Positions 17,616 to 26,894 of a stretch of 64,000 nucleotides of DNA are shown here, in pieces; positions within the stretch are counted from its first letter, which is position 1, and every line of letters starts with the position of its first letter. The notes under the pieces were generated by a model, which saw only the letters and a list, made by a program, of their open reading frames with translations, did not search any database and was not told the DNA's origin. The position numbers and the translations under genes were made by a program. The DNA comes from an uncultured Clostridia bacterium (GTDB taxonomy: Bacteria; Bacillota; Clostridia; Christensenellales; UBA1242), in contig CALVZQ010000003.1 of NCBI GenBank assembly GCA_944372585.1, forward strand, positions 26,754 to 90,753, written 5' to 3'.

Positions 17616-18791
17616 ATGAAAAAATATTCTATTACATTTTTCTCTTTGTTTTTAATTGTTTTTCTTTGCTGTTCTATATATTTTCCATTGCAGGAAATTA
17701 TGAGTTTGGAAAATGGTTTTTTGGTTGAATTAAACGACATTGAAACGGTCAATGAGAACAAGACTTTTGGCGACTTTTTCAAGGCTGAATTGAAAGAAAA
17801 AGAAAAGATTGTTGGTGGACAGAAAGTCAAACAGGGAGAAGTGGTGTTCAAACTGTTTGGATTCATTCCGGTTAAAAAAGTTGATGTTGTCTTGGCAAAT
17901 GATGATGAGTATTATGTTGGTGGAGTTCCGATTGGACTTTCTATATGCTCTGACGGGGCAATTGTTGTCAGTGAAGAAAATGACGTTGCAACTTCTTTGA
18001 AAGAGGGAGACATTATTACGCAGATTAACGGACAAGAGATTGAAAGTTTGAACCAAATTGAAGACATATTGCAGGAAAGTGGAGAAGAAGCGGAAGTTAA
18101 GTTCCTAAGGAAAAATAAAGAGCTCAAGACATTGATAAAAACCACTAGAGATGAAAATTCTGGAAAACTTAAACTAGGTTTGTGGGTCAAAGACGACATA
18201 ACTGGGGTTGGAACTTTGACATTTGTCAACAAGAAAACCAAAGAATATGGAGCTTTGGGGCACCCGATTGTTGAAGCAAACAGCGGAAATGTTGTGCCTG
18301 TTGCAAATGGCAACATTTATGAATGCAATCTGATCGGTATAAACAAAGGAAAAAGAAATGCACCAGGAGAACTGAGATGTGTTTTTGTTTCAAATTCCAA
18401 AAGCAAGGGAACGATTGAAAACAACTCCAAATTTGGTATTAATGGTGTTTTGAGTGATGTTAAGGGGCTTGTTGACGAGAATGTCACTGCAAAACTTGGT
18501 GGGCGATTGGGTGTCAAAATGGGAAAAGCCTACATTTTTTCAAGCATCAGTGGAATCAGAGAAGAATATGAAATTGAGATAATAAAAGCAAACTATCAAA
18601 AGTCTGCCGATGACAAAAGCCTTGTTTTCAGAGTTAAAGACAAGCGTCTGCTTGAGATGACAGGGGGGATTGTCCAAGGAATGAGTGGATCTCCAATCAT
18701 TCAAGACGGGAAAATTGTTGGTGCGGTAACGCACGTGTTTTTAAATGACCCAACAAAAGGTTATGGTGTCTATGTTGATTGGATGGTGTAA
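17616..18791 (+). CDS. spoIVB: SpoIVB peptidase (S55)
   Basis: N-terminal TM, PDZ-like region, GTLTFVNKKTKEYGALGHPI and catalytic-Ser motif GMSGSPIIQDGKIVGAVTHVF. Confidence 0.9.
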   Translation: MKKYSITFFSLFLIVFLCCSIYFPLQEIMSLENGFLVELNDIETVNENKTFGDFFKAELKEKEKIVGGQKVKQGEVVFKLFGFIPVKKVDVVLANDDEYYVGGVPIGLSICSDGAIVVSEENDVATSLKEGDIITQINGQEIESLNQIEDILQESGEEAEVKFLRKNKELKTLIKTTRDENSGKLKLGLWVKDDITGVGTLTFVNKKTKEYGALGHPIVEANSGNVVPVANGNIYECNLIGINKGKRNAPGELRCVFVSNSKSKGTIENNSKFGINGVLSDVKGLVDENVTAKLGGRLGVKMGKAYIFSSISGIREEYEIEIIKANYQKSADDKSLVFRVKDKRLLEMTGGIVQGMSGSPIIQDGKIVGAVTHVFLNDPTKGYGVYVDWMV

Positions 18792-18801
18792 ATAAATTAT
18801 G

Positions 18802-18865
18802 AGCATAAAAAATACCATATGTAGTGTATTATGCTAAATAATCACAACTTATATGGTATTATGCA
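18802..18865. repeat. intergenic motif cluster 4 (convergent spoIVB / recombinase gap)
   Basis: Inverted AGCATAAAAAATACC (18802-18816), GTGTATTATGCT (18824-18835), and GGTATTATGCA (18855-18865). Confidence 0.6.
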
Positions 18866-18870
18866 ATGAC

Positions 18871-19914
18871 TTAATCATCATTATGAATTTTGACTACGTT
18901 TGCGACAGACTTTCTCATATCTTCGCTGATGGCTGCGTAGTGTTTTCTGGTTGTGTTAACATCTTTATGTCCCAACACATCGGCGACAATGTAGATGTCT
19001 TTTGTTTCTCTATACAAATTTGTGCCAAAAGTGGAACGAAGTTTGTGTGGAGAGATTTTTTTCAAAGGGCTTCCCTCTTTTGCAAATTTTTTGACGAGAT
19101 TTTCCACTGCACGGACACAGATTCTTTTGTTTTGAAGGGAGACAAACATGGCGTTTTCATCTTCGTTGAGTTTGAGTGTTTCTCTTTTTCTGAGCCATTC
19201 CTGCAGGGCTTCTGCAACTTCTCGAGAGAAATATAAAATGGTCTGATTTCCACCTTTTCTTGTCACTTTGAAAGCATTTTGAGAAAAATCAAAGTCCTCA
19301 ACATTGAGTCCAACAAGCTCTGAAATTCTTATGCCAGTTCCAAGGAATAAGGTGACAATGGCATTATCTCGCTCTTGAGTGTTTTTGTTGTAATGTTTTT
19401 GTCTTTCTGTGAAGGTGGTTGGCGATTGAACGGCATCAAGCATACGCTCAACTTCGTCTTGTTCAAGTCTTATGATTTCTTTGTTGTGAAGTTTTGGAGT
19501 TTCAACTTTGCTGGCAACATTGGCCTTTATCAAATCATGATTGAAAAGGTATTTGAAAAAACTTCTGATGCTTGCAAGTTTTCTGGCTTTTCCTTTTTCT
19601 GTGTTCTTAATCATCTTGTTTTCATCGTTTTGATAGAAAGACAGATATGAGAGAAAATTTTCTATGTTTCTTGATTGAATTTGATTTAAGTCATCAAGAG
19701 TGATTTGAATCTTTGGTTTTCTGAAGACATATTTTTCCAAATAGTCAAAAAAGACACACAAATCCATGGCGTAGTTCACACGGGTTAGGCTGGAAGTGTT
19801 GTTTTCAATTCCTGTGAAGAAATCATAGCAATATTCAGGCAGAGTGGAAAGATAGTTTCCGATTCTCTGCATATTTAACAAATCTCTTTTTTCATAATAA
19901 GACAATTTACTCAT
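18871..19914 (-). CDS. tyrosine site-specific recombinase, long Xer-like (347 aa)
   Basis: Catalytic residues are recognisable: LFLGTGIRISE (Arg), HKLRSTFGT (HxxR), LGHKDVNTTRKHY (His and Tyr). It is about 45 aa longer than typical XerC/XerD. Confidence 0.85.
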   Translation of the reverse strand: MSKLSYYEKRDLLNMQRIGNYLSTLPEYCYDFFTGIENNTSSLTRVNYAMDLCVFFDYLEKYVFRKPKIQITLDDLNQIQSRNIENFLSYLSFYQNDENKMIKNTEKGKARKLASIRSFFKYLFNHDLIKANVASKVETPKLHNKEIIRLEQDEVERMLDAVQSPTTFTERQKHYNKNTQERDNAIVTLFLGTGIRISELVGLNVEDFDFSQNAFKVTRKGGNQTILYFSREVAEALQEWLRKRETLKLNEDENAMFVSLQNKRICVRAVENLVKKFAKEGSPLKKISPHKLRSTFGTNLYRETKDIYIVADVLGHKDVNTTRKHYAAISEDMRKSVANVVKIHNDD

Positions 19915-19920
19915 GTTTTT

Positions 19921-19948
19921 ATTATAGCAAAAATAAAATAAAAATCAA
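19921..19948 (-). promoter_or_regulatory. extended -10 promoter abutting the recombinase start (leaderless architecture)
   Basis: On the minus strand: TTGATT (19948-19943), 16-nt spacer ending in TGC, TATAAT (19926-19921), then AAAAAC and ATG (19914). No SD. Confidence 0.5.
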
Positions 19949-20021
19949 ACAAATGAAAAATAAAGTTATGTAAATAAGAAACTTTTCTTTGCTCTGGCTA
20001 ACTTGGTTTGTTCTATATTTA

Positions 20022-20096
20022 GTTTTTCTTTTGCATAACACTCACAACATCTTGATTTGTCTGATTTATATCACAAATTTTTGGAGATTTTGTGAT
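20022..20096. repeat. intergenic motif cluster 5 (recombinase-tig gap)
   Basis: Inverted TTGCATAACAC (20022-20032) and forward variant TGTGATTATTTGCAA (20082-20096). Confidence 0.4.
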
Positions 20097-20197
20097 TATT
20101 TGCAAATAAAAATAATTTTTTTGGGTTCTTGAGGGTCTGTAATAGGCATAATCTTGCAATTTTCGACAAAAAATGCCTGTTTATGTGTCAATATTTG

Positions 20198-20226
20198 TTG
20201 CTTTTTGCTCTTTGATATGCTAAAAT
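20198..20226 (+). promoter_or_regulatory. sigma-A type promoter of tig
   Basis: TTGCTT (20198-20203), 17-nt spacer ending in TGC, TAAAAT (20221-20226). Confidence 0.55.
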
Positions 20227-20252
20227 CTATCAGTTAAACAACGGAGGTAAAA

Positions 20253-21527
20253 ATGTTTAGTGTAAAAAAAGAAAATACAAAAGTAGAAATTGACTTGTCT
20301 ATTGACAATGTTGAATGGGAAAAAGGGGTTCAACAAGTTTATGAATCCTCAAAAAGCAAATTTAATATTGAAGGTTTTAGAAAGGGACATGCTCCAAGAA
20401 AAGTTATTGAACAACTTTATGGTGACAGCGTGTTTTTTGAAGATACTGTAGAAAAATTTGTTAACGACACAATCGGCGAAGTTCTTGCTCAAAACCCAGA
20501 ACTTGAACCTGTTGCAATGCCAACAACTCAATTTGAAAGTTTCACAGCAAACGATGGTCTCAAAATGAAAATCTTCTTTGATATTGTTCCTGACTTTGAA
20601 TTGTGCAAATATAAAGATGTTACAATCAAAGTTCATAGTAAAGAAGTGACAGAACATGACATTGAACATCAAATCCACCATCTTCTTGAAGACAATGCAA
20701 AATTTGTTTCTGTAGACAGAGAAATCAAAAACGGCGACAGTGCTTTGATTGACTTCACTGGATACATTGATGATGTTGCTTTTGACGGCGGTGCTGCAAA
20801 AGATTATCCTCTTGAAATTGGTTCTCACAGTTTCATTGACAACTTTGAAGATCAACTCATTGGACACAAGAAAGGTGACAAGGTTGATGTAAATGTGACT
20901 TTCCCTGAAAACTATCAAGCAGAAGAATTCAAAGGCAAAAAAGCACTCTTTAAAGTTGTTGTCAACGATGTTAGAGAAAAAACTTTGCCAGAGTTCAATG
21001 ACAAATTTGTTGCTGATACGACAGAATTTGAAACTGTTGAAGAGTATAGAAAAGATTTAACTGCTCATATTCAAGATATGAAGGACAAGCAATTTGAAGA
21101 TGAATTTGAATACAATATGAGAGAATATTTGCTTGCAAACACTAAGGTGGAAATCCCAGAAATTATGGTGGAAAATGCAGTTAACGACGACGTTCAAAGA
21201 ATGAGAGATGCTCTTGGTGCATATAATATCACTTTGGAAGACTATCTCACTCAAACTGGTTCTAATTTGCAAGATTATTTGAAAGGTGCAAAAGAAAGAA
21301 CTTTGAAGATGATCAAGACTCGTTACATCTACAGAAAACTTCTTGAAGAGAACAAAATTGAAGTTTCTGCAAAAGAACTTGAAGAAGCAACAAAGGGAAT
21401 GAAAGACAGTCACGAAATCGTTAGAAAAGAAAACGAACTCTTGCTTGACAAACTTCACAAATTCTTGAAAGAAAACAACAAATTGGAAATTATCCAAGAA
21501 GAACAACATTCTTGCCCTAATTGTTGA
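20253..21527 (+). CDS. tig: trigger factor
   Basis: 424 aa with FRKGHAPRKVIE ribosome-binding signature and a central FKBP-type PPIase region. The tig-clpP-clpX order is conserved. Confidence 0.95.
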   Translation: MFSVKKENTKVEIDLSIDNVEWEKGVQQVYESSKSKFNIEGFRKGHAPRKVIEQLYGDSVFFEDTVEKFVNDTIGEVLAQNPELEPVAMPTTQFESFTANDGLKMKIFFDIVPDFELCKYKDVTIKVHSKEVTEHDIEHQIHHLLEDNAKFVSVDREIKNGDSALIDFTGYIDDVAFDGGAAKDYPLEIGSHSFIDNFEDQLIGHKKGDKVDVNVTFPENYQAEEFKGKKALFKVVVNDVREKTLPEFNDKFVADTTEFETVEEYRKDLTAHIQDMKDKQFEDEFEYNMREYLLANTKVEIPEIMVENAVNDDVQRMRDALGAYNITLEDYLTQTGSNLQDYLKGAKERTLKMIKTRYIYRKLLEENKIEVSAKELEEATKGMKDSHEIVRKENELLLDKLHKFLKENNKLEIIQEEQHSCPNC

Positions 21528-21588
21528 CTTTGTTTTGCCACGCAAGATAAACCAAAATTTAAGTTAAGTTGAAAATGGAGGTGTTTTT

Positions 21589-22182
21589 ATGTTGATACCT
21601 ATGGTTGTTGACCAAACAGGTGCTAGTGAAAGGTCTTATGATATCTATTCCAGACTTTTGGAAGACAGAATTATCTTTCTGACCGGCGAAATTACTGATG
21701 CAACTGCCAATGTTGTCATTGCACAACTTATATATTTGGAAGGCAAGAATCCAGACAAAGATATTTTCTTATATATCAACAGTCCTGGCGGATCTGTCAG
21801 TGCTGGAATTGCCATCTATGACACAATGAACTACATCAAATGTGATGTTTCAACAATTTGCGTTGGTCTTGCTGCTTCAATGGGGGCTTTCTTGCTCTCA
21901 AGTGGTGCAAAAGGAAAGCGTTTTGCTTTGCCCAACAGCGAAATTATGATTCATCAACCTCTTGGCGGAACTCAAGGGCAGGCCAGTGACATTGAAATTC
22001 AGGCTAAGCATATGAAAAAGACTAAGAATATGCTCAACAGAATTCTCAGCGAAAACACAGGCAAGTCTTTGGAAGAGATCGAGAAAGATACTGACAGAGA
22101 CAACTATATGTCCGCTGAAGAAGCCAAGAAATATGGTTTGATTGACAACATCTTTGTCACTCGTAAAGCAAATAAAAAATAA
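21589..22182 (+). CDS. clpP: ATP-dependent Clp protease proteolytic subunit
   Basis: [29 protein letters not shown] and [11 protein letters not shown] (catalytic Ser); 197 aa. Confidence 0.97.
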   Translation: MLIPMVVDQTGASERSYDIYSRLLEDRIIFLTGEITDATANVVIAQLIYLEGKNPDKDIFLYINSPGGSVSAGIAIYDTMNYIKCDVSTICVGLAASMGAFLLSSGAKGKRFALPNSEIMIHQPLGGTQGQASDIEIQAKHMKKTKNMLNRILSENTGKSLEEIEKDTDRDNYMSAEEAKKYGLIDNIFVTRKANKK

Positions 22183-22191
22183 GGGGATAGC

Positions 22192-23481
22192 ATGAAAGAT
22201 ATCGAAATGTGTGCTTGTTCTTTTTGTGGCAGACCGCAAAAAGCAGCAAAAAAATTGATTGCAAGTCCAAATGGAGATGCCTTTATTTGTGATGACTGCA
22301 TAAGAATTTGTGCCGACATCATCAAAGAAGAAAATATGAAACTTAGGGTCTTCAAAGATTTGGTGTTGCCTTCTCCAAAAGAAATCAAAAAGAGTTTGGA
22401 TAGTTTTGTAATCGGTCAAGAACAGGCAAAGAAAGTGCTTTCTGTTGCTGTGTTTAACCATTATAAAAGAATTAATTATAACGAACACAACAAAGCAAAC
22501 AAGAAAAACAAAGAAAAAGACATCGATTCTCAAAATGTTGAACTTGAAAAAAGCAACATCTTGATGATTGGACCAACTGGTTCTGGAAAGACATTGCTTG
22601 TCAGAACTTTGGCAAGAATCCTTGATGTTCCGTTTGCGGTTGCTGATGCGACAACTTTGACAGAGGCTGGTTATGTGGGCGAAGATGTTGAAAATGTCCT
22701 TTTGAAACTGATTCAAAATGCTGACTATGACATTGAAAAAGCACAGAGAGGAATTATCTACATTGATGAAATCGACAAATTGGCAAGAAAAAGTGAAAAC
22801 CGCTCTTTGACCCGTGATGTGGGCGGAGAGGGAGTTCAACAAGCGCTTTTGAAAATCATTGAAAGCACAATTGCAAGTGTTCCACCACAAGGCGGAAGGA
22901 AACATCCACATCAAGAAATGCTTCAAATTGACACCACAAACATTTTGTTTATTTGTGGTGGTGCTTTTGTCGGACTTGATGACATCATTCACAAAAGACT
23001 TTCAACTTCTGCAATTGGTTTCAATGCAAACATCAAAAATTCAGAAGAAAAAGCAAAATTGGACTATTCAAAAGATGTTCAGCCTGATGATTTGATTAAG
23101 TTTGGTCTCATTCCAGAATTTGTTGGAAGACTCCCAATCATCACAGGGCTTGACGACCTTGATGATAAGGCTCTTCAGAGAATTTTGGTTGAACCAAAAA
23201 ATTCTTTAATTAAACAATACAAACAAATGTTCAAAATTGATGGTTTTGACATTGATTTTGATGATGATGCAATTGCCTATGTTGCTCAAAAGGCGATTGA
23301 TTTGAAAACTGGAGCAAGAGGAATCAGAACAATCATGGAAACAAAGATGTTGGAACTTATGTTTGACTTGCCTGATCCTAAAGTTTATGACAAAATCATC
23401 ATCACAAAAGGGTTTATCGAAAATGGTGAACCACCGATTCTTGTTGAAAAGAAAAAAGAATCTGACGCTGAAGCTGTTTGA
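22192..23481 (+). CDS. clpX: ATP-dependent Clp protease ATP-binding subunit ClpX
   Basis: N-terminal zinc finger CSFCGR...CDDC, Walker [18 protein letters not shown] and GARGIRT sensor region. Confidence 0.97.
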   Translation: MKDIEMCACSFCGRPQKAAKKLIASPNGDAFICDDCIRICADIIKEENMKLRVFKDLVLPSPKEIKKSLDSFVIGQEQAKKVLSVAVFNHYKRINYNEHNKANKKNKEKDIDSQNVELEKSNILMIGPTGSGKTLLVRTLARILDVPFAVADATTLTEAGYVGEDVENVLLKLIQNADYDIEKAQRGIIYIDEIDKLARKSENRSLTRDVGGEGVQQALLKIIESTIASVPPQGGRKHPHQEMLQIDTTNILFICGGAFVGLDDIIHKRLSTSAIGFNANIKNSEEKAKLDYSKDVQPDDLIKFGLIPEFVGRLPIITGLDDLDDKALQRILVEPKNSLIKQYKQMFKIDGFDIDFDDDAIAYVAQKAIDLKTGARGIRTIMETKMLELMFDLPDPKVYDKIIITKGFIENGEPPILVEKKKESDAEAV

Positions 23482-23528
23482 TGAAGAAGAATGTTTTTTT
23501 GAATTAGCACCACATTAATTACAAAATT

Positions 23529-23555
23529 TCGCTGGCATTACGCTGGCGATTTTTT
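23529..23555 (+). terminator. intrinsic terminator after clpX
   Basis: TCGCTGGC-ATTAC-GCTGGCGA stem (two G-U pairs) followed by TTTTTT. Confidence 0.6.
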
Positions 23556-23571
23556 ATGCATAAATTCAGTA

Positions 23572-23600
23572 TTGACAAGCAAATGGTTTTGTGTTAAACT
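23572..23600 (+). promoter_or_regulatory. sigma-A type promoter of the 193-aa orphan gene
   Basis: TTGACA (23572-23577), 17-nt spacer ending in TGTGT, TAAACT (23595-23600). Confidence 0.6.
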
Positions 23601-23620
23601 CTCAATAAAGAGGGTGGAAG

Positions 23621-24202
23621 ATGGAAAAGATAAACAGAGTTCACAAAATTAAATTGGGTGATTTGAGCAGAGCGTTGAATCAAGTGACTGGTGGGAGTTC
23701 TTTTGACTACACAGGTTATGTATGTAAGGTGACTGCACATTGGGAATATCTCAAAGTGTTCAGAGATCAAGATGCAGAAAATGAAGAAGATATCAAAAAA
23801 ATTATAAGAAATTGCAAAATTTATATCAGTGTTCGTTTTGAAAGAAAGTGTGTTGTTCCAAAAGGATTTGAATACGAAGAAAAATTTTATCCGACAGTAA
23901 ATTTCGACAAAATGCCTGTTTATCTTTGTGATAAGGTGGGAAATGATGCTCATGTTTATGACTTTATCAAAACCAATTTTGAACCTTCTGAACAAGAAAA
24001 TTCTTTGCATGGACTTAGAGCTATCATTGAAGATAAACCTGCTTTTATTGCACTGGATTGCAACAGACTGAATCCGAGAAATCTTACGATTACATTGAAA
24101 GATTCGGATATTGCAAGAAAAAATCCTGCAACTAGAAAAGTTTTGAATGATGCCATTGCTGTGATTGAATCTGAAGCCAAAAGAGAACTTGGTGACAGAT
24201 AA
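23621..24202 (+). CDS. hypothetical cytoplasmic protein, no family recognised
   Basis: 193-aa ORF with a good RBS (AGAGGGTGGAAG), its own promoter and a downstream hairpin. No TM segment or motif that I can name. Confidence 0.6.
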   Translation: MEKINRVHKIKLGDLSRALNQVTGGSSFDYTGYVCKVTAHWEYLKVFRDQDAENEEDIKKIIRNCKIYISVRFERKCVVPKGFEYEEKFYPTVNFDKMPVYLCDKVGNDAHVYDFIKTNFEPSEQENSLHGLRAIIEDKPAFIALDCNRLNPRNLTITLKDSDIARKNPATRKVLNDAIAVIESEAKRELGDR

Positions 24203-24259
24203 AAATCTTGTGATTTGTTTGCGTTTTGATTGGTATTTATAAAAATATTTAATAAATAT

Positions 24260-24288
24260 TTGACAAAGAAGTCAAAAAAAGGTAAACT
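24260..24288 (+). promoter_or_regulatory. sigma-A type promoter upstream of rny
   Basis: TTGACA (24260-24265), 17-nt spacer, TAAACT (24283-24288). Confidence 0.5.
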
Positions 24289-24319
24289 TTTTATGTAAGT
24301 AAGTTTGCCTTTTATTTTT
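24279..24319 (+). terminator. terminator-like hairpin overlapping the rny -10 box
   Basis: AAGGTAAACTT (24279-24289) pairs with AAGTTTGCCTT (24301-24311), then TTATTTTT. Confidence 0.45.
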
Positions 24320-24361
24320 CGTCATATTGGCAACTAGACTTATTAAAAAGGGGAATATAGT

Positions 24362-25945
24362 ATGAGTGGTATTTTGTTGAATGTCTCTCCTGCTATCGTG
24401 TCGGTTATATCGGTTGTATTATTCCTTGTTGGACTTGCCATTGGGCTGGTAGTATATAAAATTTATAGCAGTAAAAAAATCGAAAAAAACAAATCTAATG
24501 CTATTAAGATTATTGAAGATGCGTATGCAGAAGCTAAGACAATAAAGAAAGAGGCTATCATTGAAAGCAAAGAACAGGCTCAAAAATTCAAAGATGAAGT
24601 TGAGCTGGAAGTGAAAGAAAGACGTGCTGAAGTTGTCAAACTTGAAGAGCGTCTCAACCAAAGAGAAGAATATATTGAGAAAAAAGAACTTGCTGCAGAC
24701 AAGAAAAACGAACAACTTGACGAAGAAAAGAAAGAAATTGTTTCAATGAAAGAAAATTTGGAAAAATTGAAACAAGAACAAGAAATTTTGAAAGAACAGA
24801 TTTTGGAAGAACTTGAAAAAACTGCCAAACTTTCCAAGCAAGAAGCAAAAGATATGCTTATTGCAAACATGAAAAATGATGCACAAAAAGAAGCTGCTGT
24901 CATTGTTAAGAAAATTGAAGATGATGCCAAAGAAGAAGGGGAAAACAAGGCTCGTTGGATCATTGGCCAGGCACTTCAAAGGTGTGCAACTGAAACAGCC
25001 AGTGAAATGACAGTTTCTGTTGTTTCTCTTCCAAATGACGAAATGAAGGGAAGAATCATTGGTCGTGAAGGGAGAAACATCAGAGCAATTGAAGCCGCAA
25101 CAGGTGTTGAACTTATTGTTGATGACACTCCTGAAACAATCACAATTTCTGGGTTTGATCCAATAAGAAGAGAAGTTGCAAGACTTTCTCTTGAGAAGTT
25201 GATTGCTGATGGAAGGATTCACCCAACAAGAATTGAAGAAATTGTTGAAAAAATGCAAAAAGAAGTTGACAGAATCATCAAGCAAGCTGGTGACGAAGCT
25301 TGCAATGAAACTGGCATTTTCAACTTGAATCCTGAACTTGTGAAAATTCTTGGGCGTTTGAAATATAGAACAAGTTATGGACAAAATGTTTTGAAACATT
25401 CCATTGAAACTTCCATCATTGCAGGGCTTCTTGCAAGTGAAATGGGAGCAAACATCAAAGTTGCAAAACGTGGCGGACTTTTGCATGACCTTGGAAAAGC
25501 ACTTGATCATGAAATGGAAGGAACGCACGTTCAACTTGGTGTGGAATATGCAAGAAAATATGGCGAAAGCGAAGCAGTTGTTCACTGCATTGAAGCACAT
25601 CATTTTGATGTTGAATTCAAATCCATTGAAGCAGTGATTGTCCAAGTGGCAGATGCAATTTCAAGTTCTAGACCTGGTGCAAGAAGAGATAGCTTTGAAA
25701 ACTATATCAAACGTTTGCAACAACTTGAAGAAATTGCAAATGGATTTGAGGGTGTTGACAAGTCCTATGCTGTTCAAGCAGGAAGAGAAGTGAGAATCAT
25801 TGTTAAACCTGACCAAATCTCTGACAGTCAAGCAATGTTCTTGGCAAAAGAAATTGCGACTAAGATCGAAAACGAAATGCAATATCCTGGACAAATCAAA
25901 GTTAATGTCATCAGAGAGAGCAGATTTATTGAAACTGCAAAATAG
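24362..25945 (+). CDS. rny: ribonuclease Y
   Basis: N-terminal TM, Lys/Glu-rich coiled coil, KH domain ([15 protein letters not shown]) and HD domain (LLHDLGKA). Confidence 0.95.
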   Translation: MSGILLNVSPAIVSVISVVLFLVGLAIGLVVYKIYSSKKIEKNKSNAIKIIEDAYAEAKTIKKEAIIESKEQAQKFKDEVELEVKERRAEVVKLEERLNQREEYIEKKELAADKKNEQLDEEKKEIVSMKENLEKLKQEQEILKEQILEELEKTAKLSKQEAKDMLIANMKNDAQKEAAVIVKKIEDDAKEEGENKARWIIGQALQRCATETASEMTVSVVSLPNDEMKGRIIGREGRNIRAIEAATGVELIVDDTPETITISGFDPIRREVARLSLEKLIADGRIHPTRIEEIVEKMQKEVDRIIKQAGDEACNETGIFNLNPELVKILGRLKYRTSYGQNVLKHSIETSIIAGLLASEMGANIKVAKRGGLLHDLGKALDHEMEGTHVQLGVEYARKYGESEAVVHCIEAHHFDVEFKSIEAVIVQVADAISSSRPGARRDSFENYIKRLQQLEEIANGFEGVDKSYAVQAGREVRIIVKPDQISDSQAMFLAKEIATKIENEMQYPGQIKVNVIRESRFIETAK

Positions 25946-25958
25946 GTTGATATGCAAG

Positions 25959-26000
25959 CGGTTTGATTTCAATTGATTTTGCTATTGAAATTTGAAACCG
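25959..26000 (+). terminator. strong hairpin after rny with a weak T-tract
   Basis: CGGTTTGATTTCAAT pairs with ATTGAAATTTGAAACCG (6 + 8 bp with an internal loop), then ATTTG. Confidence 0.4.
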
Positions 26001-26034
26001 ATTTGACATATAAATTATTAAAAGGAGAGAAGAA

Positions 26035-26379
26035 ATGGCTGAAAAGAAGAAAAAATCATCATCTTCTAGTTCAAGTTCAAAAACTGTGACCAAAACAACA
26101 AACACATGGTCTTCAACAAAAATTTTGGATTGTATTGCTTACTTTGCGATTATGTTTATTGCAATCGCTTTGTTGTTGCAAGCAATTTTCAAAAGTGTCA
26201 ATGCCAATGTGTCAGTTGCAAACGCATTTGAAGACATCGGTCAATGTGTTGCTTACATTGTTGCCATTTGGCTTGGTTTCTATTGGACTAGAAGAAAAAG
26301 AAATATTTGGTGGTTGATTTGTTGGATTGTTGCAACCGTTGTCATTGTTGTGCTTTATATTCTTAATATAACACTCTAA
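26035..26379 (+). CDS. small membrane protein with an N-terminal Lys/Ser run
   Basis: 114 aa, begins MAEKKKKSSSSSSSSK, three hydrophobic helices. RBS is AAAGGAGAG. Confidence 0.6.
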   Translation: MAEKKKKSSSSSSSSKTVTKTTNTWSSTKILDCIAYFAIMFIAIALLLQAIFKSVNANVSVANAFEDIGQCVAYIVAIWLGFYWTRRKRNIWWLICWIVATVVIVVLYILNITL

Positions 26380-26403
26380 TGAAAACTGTTTTTTGAGGAA
26401 GTA

Positions 26404-26772
26404 ATGGCTTATATCATCTCAATCGTTGCCATTGTGTTGGCAGGCATTTTTGCCATCTTAGAAAGCGTTTGGGCAGGTTTTGCATATTTTGTGCTTGCCA
26501 TTCTTCTTTTGTTGTCTTTGTTTTGGGGCTGTTGGCAAATCTACAAATATTTCACTGATTTCCAAAAGGAATTGGAGGAAAGATTTAAGATTTTTAGAGC
26601 TGAAACAATCAACAACAAACAAACTACTGCTGAATATTTTGACAACAACATTGCACAATTCAAAAAAGAGTTTTCCAAGAAAACACTGAAAGACAAAATC
26701 GTCAAATGGTTTGTGATTGCATTTTGTTTTGCGTGTGCTGTTGCATTTTTGCTTGGAATGATTTTCTATTAA
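26404..26772 (+). CDS. small membrane protein
   Basis: 122 aa with two N-terminal and one C-terminal TM helix flanking a charged segment. RBS is GAGGAAG. Confidence 0.6.
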   Translation: MAYIISIVAIVLAGIFAILESVWAGFAYFVLAILLLLSLFWGCWQIYKYFTDFQKELEERFKIFRAETINNKQTTAEYFDNNIAQFKKEFSKKTLKDKIVKWFVIAFCFACAVAFLLGMIFY

Positions 26773-26840
26773 ACTAAGAAAACAAATCTTTTATGGTTTG
26801 TTTTTTTATCGCAATTTTGCGATTATTTGAACAAATCATT

Positions 26841-26868
26841 TTGATATGTTGGTTTTTTTTGTTATACT
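26841..26868 (+). promoter_or_regulatory. extended -10 promoter of comM
   Basis: TTGATA (26841-26846), 16-nt spacer ending in TGT, TATACT (26863-26868). Confidence 0.5.
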
Positions 26869-26894
26869 TTATGATATTGGTTTTAGGGGTTTTT

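Noticed and set aside
18842-18869. TCACAACTTAT-ATGGTA-TTATGCAATGA next to the recombinase gene as the dif site
   Set aside because: The right arm is dif-like, but the left arm lacks the inner CATAA and is only 6/11 complementary. The site at 37773-37800 has both arms and sits at the strand switch. The relationship to the recombinase is kept as a separate low-confidence finding.
21898-22992. 364-aa ORF on the minus strand opposite clpP and clpX
   Set aside because: It lies entirely antisense to two unambiguous, highly conserved genes. It has no RBS, a Cys/Phe-rich composition typical of shadow frames in AT-rich DNA, and no motif.
24743-25645. 300-aa ORF antisense to rny
   Set aside because: It is a shadow frame of the Lys/Glu-rich rny coding region with nonsense-like composition and no translation signals.
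26793-26894. N-terminal extension of comM in the ORF track (and similar extensions at 8800, 9893, 32990, 34987, 40026-40115, 41856-42002, 46946-46984, 49936-49953 and 54055-54090)
   Set aside because: The extensions have no SD, overlap upstream genes or promoters, and the conserved protein N-termini begin at internal Met codons preceded by good RBSs.
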